Positions 29,478-37,738 of a stretch of 64,000 nt of DNA are shown piece by piece (position 1 is the first letter of the stretch; each line of letters opens with the position of its first letter). The position numbers and the translations under genes are program-made. The notes under the pieces are model-generated. The model saw only the letters and a list, made by a program, of their open reading frames with translations. It did not search any database and had not been told where the DNA came from. The stretch is from an uncultured Alistipes sp. (lineage in GTDB: Bacteria > Bacteroidota > Bacteroidia > Bacteroidales > Rikenellaceae), in contig CANQGQ010000008.1 in NCBI GenBank assembly GCA_947623305.1, forward strand, positions 13,434 to 77,433. The letters are read 5' to 3'.

Positions 29478-30878
29478 ATGACCTCATTGCGCGAAAAGAT
29501 CGGTTATGGATTCGGCGATATGGCGTCGTCGATGTTCTGGAAGATATTCAGTTACTATCTTCCGTTTTTCTATGCGCATGTCTTCGGCCTGACGGTGCGG
29601 CAGGCCGCGATGCTGTTCCTCGTTACGCGTATTTGGGACGCAGTTTCCGATCCGTTGATGGGGATCGTCGCCGACCGTACGGTCTCGCGGTGGGGAAAAT
29701 ATCGTCCCTATTTGCTGTGGGCGGCGCTTCCGTTTTCCCTGTGCGGGATATTGTTGTTTTCCACACCGTCGTTCGGAACCGACGGCAAACTGATCTATGC
29801 TTACGCCACCTATCTCCTGATGATGACTGTGTACACGGTCATCAATGTTCCGTACGGGGCGATGCTCGGGGTCATCACGACCGATTCGAACGAAAAGACG
29901 CTCTTTTCGAGTTTCCGCATGTTTTTCGCTTACGGCGGTTCGTTTCTCGCTTTGGCTTGTTGGGAGCCGTTGTGCAGTTTTTTCGAGACGCGGTGGCACG
30001 TCGCGCCGACAATCGGTTGGCAATGGGCCATGATCGTGGTTGCCGCAGGTTGTTTCATCTGTTTCCTGCTTTGTTTTCTGATGACGCGGGAGAAAGTGAA
30101 GACCCGGAATACCGTGTCGGTAGGGGCCGATTTCAAGGCTTTGTTGAGGAACAAACCTTGGTGGATGCTGGTCGGCGCGGCCCTGTCGAACAATCTTTTC
30201 AATACGGTCCGCGGGTCTGCGGCCGCCTTCTATTTCGCCGACGTGATCGGTGGCCATGCCTCCTTGTCGTTCTTCGCATGGGAGATCGCCTTTTTTGCCG
30301 GGTTGTTTCTCTCTGTCGGCGAGATCGCCAACATGCTCGGGGTCGCTCTGGCGACTTATGTAACCCGCCGGATCGGCAAAAAATATACGTTCATCGGGGT
30401 CGAGGTCGCGTCGGTTCTGTTGAGTATCGCCTTTTTCTATCTTCCGTGCACCCAGGGCGGGTATTGGGCGATGTTGATGCTGCAAATCGGAATCTCCGTC
30501 GGTACCGGTATCGTCTCGCCGCTCATCTGGTCGATGTATGCCGATGTCAGCGATTACGCCGAATGGAAACATCGGACAGCTTCCACGGGTTTGATTTTCT
30601 CGTCCGCATCCATGGCGCAAAAATTCGGCAGCGCTTTCGGCGGTTCGGGGACTTTGTGGATACTCGGAGCATTCGGTTATGTAACGGTTACGGGAAATGC
30701 CGGTCTTGTGCAGACCCCTTATGCCCTCGACGGATTGCGTTATTTGATGAGTTTCATTCCTGCGATGATCGCTGCTGCGGGTTTGCTGACGATCAGTTTT
30801 TATCCGTTGACGGCGGAGCGGATGCGCAGAATCGACGCTCAGCTTCATTTGCAACGAGCTCGACAAAACGATCGGTAG
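29478..30878 (+). CDS. GPH/MFS sugar:cation symporter (mannobiose-type)
   Basis: REKIGYGFGD, RIWDAVSDPLMG, WGKYRPY, INVPYGAM, WSMYADVSDY; about 12 TMs. Confidence 0.9.
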   Translation: MTSLREKIGYGFGDMASSMFWKIFSYYLPFFYAHVFGLTVRQAAMLFLVTRIWDAVSDPLMGIVADRTVSRWGKYRPYLLWAALPFSLCGILLFSTPSFGTDGKLIYAYATYLLMMTVYTVINVPYGAMLGVITTDSNEKTLFSSFRMFFAYGGSFLALACWEPLCSFFETRWHVAPTIGWQWAMIVVAAGCFICFLLCFLMTREKVKTRNTVSVGADFKALLRNKPWWMLVGAALSNNLFNTVRGSAAAFYFADVIGGHASLSFFAWEIAFFAGLFLSVGEIANMLGVALATYVTRRIGKKYTFIGVEVASVLLSIAFFYLPCTQGGYWAMLMLQIGISVGTGIVSPLIWSMYADVSDYAEWKHRTASTGLIFSSASMAQKFGSAFGGSGTLWILGAFGYVTVTGNAGLVQTPYALDGLRYLMSFIPAMIAAAGLLTISFYPLTAERMRRIDAQLHLQRARQNDR

Positions 30879-30885
30879 AAAAACT

Positions 30886-32091
30886 ATGAATGAAGTGAAT
30901 CTTTCGATTTTCCGTCGGGAGTTGATCGACGTCTTGCAACGGAATATTCTTCCGTATTGGATGAACAAGATGATGGATCCGCGCGGCGGCTTTTACGGAC
31001 GGCGCGACGGTTACGACCGGCTCGATCCCGATGCGCCCAAAGGCGCCGTGTTGCATGCCCGCATTCTGTGGACGTTTGCTACGGCTTATCGGATATTGGG
31101 CGAGGAAGCCTATCTTCGCGTTGCCGAATATGCCGAACGTTATGTCGTCGAGCGGTTCCTGGATGCCGTTTACGGGGGAGCCTATTGGTCTCTGACCGCC
31201 GACGGAACGCCCCTCGATGAGAAAAAACAGTTTTATGCACTCGCATTCATGCTTTACGGATTGGCGGCTTATCATCGTGCGACCGGCGATGCCGATGCTT
31301 TGCAACAGGCGACCGCCTTGTTCCGTACCATAGAGAAGCACAGCCGCGACCGCCGATTCGGAGGATACATCGAGGCGACGACCCGTTCGTGGGCTCCGAT
31401 TTCCGACATGCGTCTCAGTTCGAAAGACCGGAATGCCTGCAAGACGATGAACACCCATTTGCATATCATCGAGGCTTATACGGAACTGTATCGGGTGTGG
31501 CGCAATCCCGAATTGTCGGAAGCTATCGTTGCCCTGCTCGATCTTTTTTTTACGAAGATCGAAAATCCCGAAACGCACCATTCGGTTCTTTTTTTCGACG
31601 AACATTGGCGACCGCTCGATCGGGGCATCTCCTATGGGCACGATATCGAAGCCTCGTGGTTGTTGCTCGACGCTGCACGGACACTCGATGACCCGCTTCT
31701 TTTGCGCCGTGCCGTGTCCCACACAGCCCGAATGGCCGATGCGGCTTCGCAGGGAATTCGGGACGACGGTTCGTTGATCTACGAAATCCGGAACGACGGA
31801 ACGGTCGATGACGATCGTCATTGGTGGGTGCAGGCCGAATGCGTTGTGGGACAATTATACCGGTATCGGTATCATGGCCGTCCCGAAGCCTTGGCGGCGG
31901 CTTGGCGGACTTGGAAATATATCGAATTCTGTTTGGTGGATTCAGCCGGCGGCGAGTGGCATTGGAGCCGTCGCGGGAGAGACGGGACGATTGATTTCGA
32001 GGACGACAAGGCCGGTTTCTGGAAATGTCCGTATCACAACAGCCGTATGGTGTTGGAAGCGGTGGAACATATTTTCGATTGCGATTGTTGA
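30886..32091 (+). CDS. AGE-family cellobiose/mannobiose 2-epimerase
   Basis: HARILWTF, KKQFYA, KTMNTHLHIIEAY, SYGHDIEASWLL, WWVQAE, WKCPYHNSR. Confidence 0.92.
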   Translation: MNEVNLSIFRRELIDVLQRNILPYWMNKMMDPRGGFYGRRDGYDRLDPDAPKGAVLHARILWTFATAYRILGEEAYLRVAEYAERYVVERFLDAVYGGAYWSLTADGTPLDEKKQFYALAFMLYGLAAYHRATGDADALQQATALFRTIEKHSRDRRFGGYIEATTRSWAPISDMRLSSKDRNACKTMNTHLHIIEAYTELYRVWRNPELSEAIVALLDLFFTKIENPETHHSVLFFDEHWRPLDRGISYGHDIEASWLLLDAARTLDDPLLLRRAVSHTARMADAASQGIRDDGSLIYEIRNDGTVDDDRHWWVQAECVVGQLYRYRYHGRPEALAAAWRTWKYIEFCLVDSAGGEWHWSRRGRDGTIDFEDDKAGFWKCPYHNSRMVLEAVEHIFDCDC

Positions 32092-32279
32092 CTCTTACGT
32101 GCCGATGCCTTTTGACCCGAATTTTTGAACTCGCTTCTTTTTTGCCGCATTTGCCGTATGCCGTTCCATCCATCCGCCTTGGTGGGGCATCGGTCGGAAT
32201 TCCGAATCTTCCGAGCCTTGGGGATGTTGGGGGACGGATGATTGTCCTAAAATTTTGCAGCAAAGCGACCGCAAAGTCG

Positions 32280-32310
32280 TTGTTTCCCGAATAATTTTTC
32301 CCTATATTTG
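32280..32310 (+). promoter_or_regulatory. Bacteroidota promoter upstream of the structured leader and XRE gene
   Basis: TTG (32280-32282), 20-nt spacer, TATATTTG (32303-32310). Confidence 0.7.
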
Positions 32311-32346
32311 TCTCGCAGCCTGTACGGACTGTGGATAGTTGAATAA

Positions 32347-32511
32347 AAAGCGCATCGGCTTTTTTCTTACGACCGAAATCTGGAAAATTTCAACAAAGTA
32401 AGGAACAAAGGTTGATGCTCTCGCTGTTTTCCGGCGTGGGCATATTCCGTCATCTTACTTTGTGGGCATTCCAGAGCCTCGGTCGTGGATTCGGAATCTT
32501 GTCCGCGCTTT
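32347..32511 (+). ncRNA. Putative rod-shaped structured 5' leader RNA
   Basis: Five nested helices: 32347-53/32505-11, 32369-76/32479-86, 32379-85/32469-75, 32393-402/32454-63, 32415-26/32432-43. Confidence 0.6.
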
Positions 32512-32527
32512 GTTATGGGATGACGGC

Positions 32528-32770
32528 ATGATACATATCGGTAAATTGATCGAGGCGGAGCTGCGACGGCAGGAGCGGACGGTGAGCTGGTTCGCCCGAA
32601 AACTCTATTGCGAACGTACCAATGTCTACGACATCTTCAAGCGTCGGAGCATAGATACCGATATGCTGCTGCGAATCTCGTTCGTTTTGCATCACAATTT
32701 TTTCCGCTATTATTGGTGCGAGGCCGAGGGGCTCGGTTCCGAGCCGGCCGAGCCTGCGGAGCGTCAATAA
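32528..32770 (+). CDS. Small XRE/Cro-type HTH transcriptional regulator (Bacteroidales type)
   Basis: MIHIGKLIEAELRRQERTVSWFARKLYCERTNVYDIFKRRSIDTDMLLRISFVLHHNFF; 80 aa. ATG 32528. Confidence 0.8.
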   Translation: MIHIGKLIEAELRRQERTVSWFARKLYCERTNVYDIFKRRSIDTDMLLRISFVLHHNFFRYYWCEAEGLGSEPAEPAERQ

Positions 32771-32833
32771 TTTTCAACACTTCCGTACGATTTTCGAGTA
32801 CACTCGATTCGCTGTGCGAACGTCCGTTCGACG

Positions 32834-32841
32834 TATTTTTG
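32834..32841 (+). promoter_or_regulatory. -7 promoter element of the lipoprotein gene, preceded by two palindromes
   Basis: TATTTTTG; palindromes at 32794-32807 and 32817-32830. Confidence 0.5.
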
Positions 32842-32883
32842 CACCCGACAAACAAACATTCATTCATTAAATCAATTTGTGTT

Positions 32884-33228
32884 ATGAAAAAAATGAAACT
32901 TTTCTTGATGATGTTCATCGCAGCTGCCAGCGTATGCGGTTTCACGGCTTGCGACGACGATGACGACAAGGGGGCGTCCTCTCCGATTGTCGGAACATGG
33001 GAATATCGGGAGCCCGGATTGGTTGACACCTACACCTTTTCGGCAAACGGTTCGTACACTAACAGTTGGTATGAGGAAGGCTATGATTCGGACTCCGATC
33101 ATGGTACTTATACCTATGAAGGGACGACGCTTACACTGAATAGTCCCGAGTATGGTGTAGATACATACACGGCGACGATTTCAGGCGATAAACTGACTCT
33201 CGACGGTGATGTGTATATCCGTAAATAG
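32884..33228 (+). CDS. Small lipocalin-like beta-barrel lipoprotein, probably surface-exposed
   Basis: Lipobox FTAC followed by DDDDDK (acidic export-signal-like), IVGTW, GTYTY; 114 aa. Confidence 0.75.
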   Translation: MKKMKLFLMMFIAAASVCGFTACDDDDDKGASSPIVGTWEYREPGLVDTYTFSANGSYTNSWYEEGYDSDSDHGTYTYEGTTLTLNSPEYGVDTYTATISGDKLTLDGDVYIRK

Positions 33229-33252
33229 TCTTAATGGACTTCTGACCGAAAG

Positions 33253-33295
33253 CGCGGCCGCTTCTTTTCTTTAGGAAGCGGCCGCGGGCTTTTTT
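33253..33295 (+). terminator. Intrinsic terminator (probably bidirectional)
   Basis: CGCGGCCGCTTC...GAAGCGGCCGCG, then GGCTTTTTT. Confidence 0.7.
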
Positions 33296-33386
33296 AGGTA
33301 AGACAGGGCGGCGCGAACGTATTGATTGAAGGTCTCAAATGCGTCGGCGTGCTATTTTACAAACGTCGGATATTCTTCCGACCGAG

Positions 33387-34046
33387 TTAATAAAATTGCA
33401 CGAAGCGGCCCCGTTCGGTCAGACAGTAGGGACAGAAATCGGGTTCGTGTTCCGTGAGCGCGAGGTTGCCGCATACGGGACAAACCGTATAGGTTCGGAC
33501 CGTGTCTTGCGGGTGCCGTCGGTTGAGGCTCTGTTCCAGCAGGATGATGTGCTGCCGGTCGCCGGCATCGGCCCGGGCCAGAATCTGGGCCGCATAACGG
33601 TTGCCTGCCGACATGGCCCGATGAATCTCCTTGCCGCATCGCGTATGGAGCGATTGTTGTTCGTAGCGCAGACTGCGTTCTAAATTGCCGTCGGTCGTGC
33701 CGCGGAACACGATCACCTTGACCGGCGGCTCGTAGTGCCCGCCCAACCGGACGATGGCTTCGGCGCAGATGCCCTCATGCACCCGTTCGGAGAGCGCCAT
33801 GGCGCGGAACAGACGTGCCGTGTGCTCCTGCTGTTCGCGATGGGCGATGTCGGCGAAGTATTCGTATTGCATCGACTTGGCGTGTTTGCGGCGGCCGCAG
33901 GCATCGAGATCGGCGAGCGTTTCGGCTTGGCGGGGTTTCGCAGCCGGCCGCTGTTCTTGCTTTCGGGTTGCGGCGTAATAGATCCACGTCAGCACACCGG
34001 TGGAGAGCACGAAAAGCAACAGAATGAAGAGGGGACGCACTTTCAT
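33387..34046 (-). CDS. Rubrerythrin-like protein with N-terminal membrane anchor and degenerate diiron site
   Basis: Ferritin-like helices (ARLFRAMALSERVH) and C-terminal rubredoxin-like CPVC...CPYC; hydrophobic N-terminus. Confidence 0.7.
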   Translation of the reverse strand: MKVRPLFILLLFVLSTGVLTWIYYAATRKQEQRPAAKPRQAETLADLDACGRRKHAKSMQYEYFADIAHREQQEHTARLFRAMALSERVHEGICAEAIVRLGGHYEPPVKVIVFRGTTDGNLERSLRYEQQSLHTRCGKEIHRAMSAGNRYAAQILARADAGDRQHIILLEQSLNRRHPQDTVRTYTVCPVCGNLALTEHEPDFCPYCLTERGRFVQFY

Positions 34047-34106
34047 GTTTCGACGTTTTGGTTGAGGGGTGCGCCGAAAAGAGCATCTTTTGTGCCAACG
34101 GGCTTG

Positions 34107-34946
34107 CTACGGCCTGGAAATGTAGAGAAAAATCGGCAGCCGCGATCCATATCCGCCCCGATAGCGGGTGTATTCGTAGGTCGGCAGCGGTTTGCCGTTC
34201 TGCGGGTCGAGCAGCCAGCGGCGCACGTAGACGTCGCACCGTTCAATGTGCAAGGCCGTATCGGCGGCGATGCGGTCGCGCATCTGCCATCCGGCACGTC
34301 GGAAAAAGTTGCCCCGACCGGCCCTTTCGGCTCGTGCCGTGGCATCGCGGAACCCGCGGCTGCGGATTTCAGCAGGCTTGAAACGTCCCAGAATCAACAG
34401 TTTCGCATTCGGACGCTCTTTGCGCAGGTAGTTCGACAGCATGTAGGCCATCCGTTCGTTGCGGCAAAGCAGCAGGCCCAACGTATCGCACGGTTCTCCG
34501 CGGTTGGCTGAGAGCGAGCCTTCGATATAGAGGTAGTTGTTTCCGGGCTCGGTGTAGTGCGGGAAGAAACGGTCGCCGTAGTAGAGCAGGGCGAAATCCA
34601 ATCCGTCGGGTTTGTTGAGCGTGCGGTGGAAATAGGAATAATCGCTGCGGCAGGCACGGACGAGGTCGCGCACGACCGCTTCGTTCTCCACGCCGTAGAG
34701 CGCCACGAGCGGAAGGGCCATCGAATCTATGACGGCTGCCGTGTGGACGATTTTGCGGCGGTAACGTTCCGTGTTCCAGCGCAGACGCCCCTCGGGCGTA
34801 TAATCCGTATCGTTGTAGAAAGGCGAGACGACCGTATCGTAAAGCCGTTCGACATCGTAGTAAGCGATGCCAATTCGTTGGGCTGACAACCGGTGCGTGC
34901 CTATGCAGATCGTCAGCACCCAAAGAATCGCAAGTCGGCGCAACAT
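34107..34946 (-). CDS. Secreted endonuclease/exonuclease/phosphatase (EEP)-like protein, catalytically degenerate
   Basis: YYDVERLYDT, YTPEG...W...Y..K, GVEN, GLDFALLY match the Bacteroidota EEP family. The GDxN and SDH motifs are replaced. Confidence 0.65.
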   Translation of the reverse strand: MLRRLAILWVLTICIGTHRLSAQRIGIAYYDVERLYDTVVSPFYNDTDYTPEGRLRWNTERYRRKIVHTAAVIDSMALPLVALYGVENEAVVRDLVRACRSDYSYFHRTLNKPDGLDFALLYYGDRFFPHYTEPGNNYLYIEGSLSANRGEPCDTLGLLLCRNERMAYMLSNYLRKERPNAKLLILGRFKPAEIRSRGFRDATARAERAGRGNFFRRAGWQMRDRIAADTALHIERCDVYVRRWLLDPQNGKPLPTYEYTRYRGGYGSRLPIFLYISRP

Positions 34947-34964
34947 CGGTTTCGCGGTGTACGC

Positions 34965-35513
34965 CTACTTCGTTTTATAGGCGCATTTGTACTTGCCCTT
35001 CGCCAGATTGAGCAATTTGCCCTTGAGCAGGTTGCGGCGCAGCGGCGAAACGCGGTCGGTGAATACGATCCCTTCGATGTGGTCGTATTCGTGCTGGATG
35101 ACCCACGCTTTCAGTCCCGTGAACTCCTCGTCGTGGGGTTGGAAGTCGGTGTCCAAATAGCGCATGCGGATGGAGATCGAACGCTTCACATCGGCGTAGA
35201 GTCCGGGAAACGACAGGCAGCCTTCGCTGTACGTTTTCGTCTCGGTCGAACGTTCGTAGATTTCCGGATTGATGAAAGCCCGTTTGTAGTCCGCGCAGGC
35301 AGGATCGTCTTCGGCCCACGGCGTGCAGTCGATGATGAACAGCCGGAGACTGCGGCCGATCTGCGGCGCGGCCAACCCGACGCCGCCAGCCTCGCCGAGC
35401 GTCAGGAACATGTTCTCGATCAGCGTTTTCGTTTCTGCCGCTGTGTCGGGCGACAGCGGTTCGCAGGGCTTGCGGAGCACTTCGTCGCCGTATATTACGA
35501 TAGGGTAGATCAT
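34965..35513 (-). CDS. def: Peptide deformylase
   Basis: GVGLAAPQIG, EGCLS, QHEYDH. Confidence 0.97.
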   Translation of the reverse strand: MIYPIVIYGDEVLRKPCEPLSPDTAAETKTLIENMFLTLGEAGGVGLAAPQIGRSLRLFIIDCTPWAEDDPACADYKRAFINPEIYERSTETKTYSEGCLSFPGLYADVKRSISIRMRYLDTDFQPHDEEFTGLKAWVIQHEYDHIEGIVFTDRVSPLRRNLLKGKLLNLAKGKYKCAYKTK

Positions 35514-35938
35514 AGTCGTTCGTTCGTTTGCATTCGTTCCATGTATCCTTGCAGGATGATCGTCGCCGAAATTTTATCGACCAGCGCCTTGTCGCGACGG
35601 GCCATGCGTCCGATGCCGCTGTCGAGCATCGTCCGATGGGCGATGACCGACGTCAGCCGCTCGTCGTAGAAAACCACCTCCTTGTCGGGATAGGCTTTGC
35701 GGAGCCGTGCGGCCAGCGGTTCGATGTAACGCCACGTCTCGGACGGGGTGCCGTCCATGCGCGACGGACGTCCGAGCACGAGGATATCCACTTCTTCTTT
35801 AAGAAAATAATCTGCCAGCCATTTTTCGAGCGCTCGGGTCGGGACGGTTTCCAACCCTCCGGCGATGATGCGCAGCGGATCGCTCACGGCGATGCCCGTG
35901 CGTTTCGTGCCGTAGTCTATCGCGAGGATGCGTCCCAC
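35510..35938 (-). CDS. ruvX: YqgF/RuvX family nuclease (pre-16S rRNA processing)
   Basis: ILAIDYGTKRTGIAVSD, DERLTS, VDKISATIILQ. Confidence 0.95.
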   Translation of the reverse strand: MGRILAIDYGTKRTGIAVSDPLRIIAGGLETVPTRALEKWLADYFLKEEVDILVLGRPSRMDGTPSETWRYIEPLAARLRKAYPDKEVVFYDERLTSVIAHRTMLDSGIGRMARRDKALVDKISATIILQGYMERMQTNERL

Positions 35939-35951
35939 AACCTCACGCGGC

Positions 35952-37496
35952 TTACAGGTTCAGCTTTTTGAACAGCTTGCGGTAGGAGCACTCTTCGTCG
36001 ACCATCGCATGCAGAGCGTCGATCGCCACGCGCTCCTGTTGCATCGTGTCGCGGTGGCGGACCGTTACGGTGTCGTCTTCTGTCGTCTGGCCGTCGACCG
36101 TGATGCAGAACGGCGTGCCGATGGCATCCTGCCGGCGATAGCGCTTGCCTACCGAATCTTTCTCATCGTAAACGATGTTGTAGTCGTATTTCAGCAGGTT
36201 GACGATCTCTTGCGCCTTTTCGGGCATGCCGTCCTTTTTGACGAGCGGCAGTACGGCTGCCTTGACCGGCGCCAGCGCCGCAGGCAGGCGCAGTACGACG
36301 CGCGTATCGCCGCCGTCGAGCTGCTCCTCGGTGTAGGCCGCCGACATCACTTGCAGGAACATGCGGTCGACGCCGATCGAGGTCTCCACCACATAAGGCA
36401 CATAGCTCTCGCCCGTCTCGGGATCGAAGTATTGGATCTTCTTGCCCGAGAACTTTTGATGATTGCCCAAGTCGAAATCCGTCCGCGAGTGGATGCCCTC
36501 CACCTCCTTGAATCCGAACGGGAAATTGTATTCGATGTCGGTTGCGGCATTGGCGTAGTGAGCCAGTTTGTCGTGGTCGTGGAAACGATAGTTATCGTCG
36601 CCGAAGCCCAACGCGCGGTGCCAAGCCATGCGGGTCTCTTTCCAGCGGTTCCACCACTCCATTTCGGTGCCCGGGCGCACGAAGAACTGCATCTCCATCT
36701 GCTCGAACTCGCGCATGCGGAAGATGAATTGCCGGGCGACGATCTCGTTGCGGAACGCTTTGCCGATCTGCGCGATACCGAACGGCAATTTCATTCGTCC
36801 GGTTTTCTGTACGTTGAGGAAATTGACGAAAATGCCCTGGGCCGTCTCCGGTCGCAGATAGATGGTGTTGGCGCCGTCGGCCGTCGAGCCCATCTGGGTC
36901 GAAAACATCAGATTGAACTGGCGCACCTCGGTCCAGTTGCGTGTGCCGGAGATGGGGCAGACGATTTCGCAGTCGAGGATGATCTGGCGCAAGGCATCGA
37001 GATCGTTGGCATTCAGCGCATCGGCGAACCGTTTATGCACGGCGTCGCGATGGGCCAGCGTCTCGACCACACGGGGCGACGTGGCGCGGTATTTGGCTTC
37101 GTCGAACTGTTCGCCGAACCGTTTGCGGGCCTTTTCGATCTCCTTTTCGACCTTTTCGTCCTGTTTGGCGAGCCAGTCTTCGATCAGCACATCGGCGCGA
37201 TAGCGTTTTTTCGAATCGCGGTTGTCGATCAACGGGTCGTTGAACGCGCTGACATGGCCCGATGCCTCCCACGTGCGGGGGTGCATGAAGATGGCGGCGT
37301 CGAGACCCACGATATTGCCGTGCAGTTTGACCATCGAATCCCACCAGTAACGTTTGATATTGTTTTTCAGCTCCACGCCGTTCTGACCGTAATCGTAGAC
37401 GGCTGCCAGGCCGTCGTAGATTTCGCTCGACGGGAATACGAATCCGTACTCCTTGCAGTGGGCGACCAGTTTCTTGAAAAGTTCTTCCTGCGTCAT
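35952..37496 (-). CDS. glyQS: Glycine--tRNA ligase (alpha2 type)
   Basis: SEIYDG, YDYGQNG, LRPETAQGIF, FRNEI, REFEQME, KLAHYA, IGKRY-like anticodon domain. Confidence 0.97.
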   Translation of the reverse strand: MTQEELFKKLVAHCKEYGFVFPSSEIYDGLAAVYDYGQNGVELKNNIKRYWWDSMVKLHGNIVGLDAAIFMHPRTWEASGHVSAFNDPLIDNRDSKKRYRADVLIEDWLAKQDEKVEKEIEKARKRFGEQFDEAKYRATSPRVVETLAHRDAVHKRFADALNANDLDALRQIILDCEIVCPISGTRNWTEVRQFNLMFSTQMGSTADGANTIYLRPETAQGIFVNFLNVQKTGRMKLPFGIAQIGKAFRNEIVARQFIFRMREFEQMEMQFFVRPGTEMEWWNRWKETRMAWHRALGFGDDNYRFHDHDKLAHYANAATDIEYNFPFGFKEVEGIHSRTDFDLGNHQKFSGKKIQYFDPETGESYVPYVVETSIGVDRMFLQVMSAAYTEEQLDGGDTRVVLRLPAALAPVKAAVLPLVKKDGMPEKAQEIVNLLKYDYNIVYDEKDSVGKRYRRQDAIGTPFCITVDGQTTEDDTVTVRHRDTMQQERVAIDALHAMVDEECSYRKLFKKLNL

Positions 37497-37738
37497 CGTG
37501 TATCTCGTTTTTTAAGTTTTCGCGTCTGCAAAAGTACAAAATAAAAAGGGAATCCGGCGTATGTCGTCGCGGTTTTTTGCAGTCGCGGTCGTTCCGCTTC
37601 AGGAGCAGCCGGAATAAGGCTGCTGCACGCTTGCATGCGACGGTCGGCAACTCGCCGCGACGAAGGTGCCGCAACTGAAATCGCCGATGGGCATCCCCGC
37701 ATCCGGAATGGAGAGGGCGTGTTTGTGCGCAGGTCTCG

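Noticed and set aside
20442-30968. Antisense or alternate-frame ORFs of 400-550 aa across the mannan PUL
   Set aside because: Reverse-frame artefacts of codon bias, with no recognisable domains.
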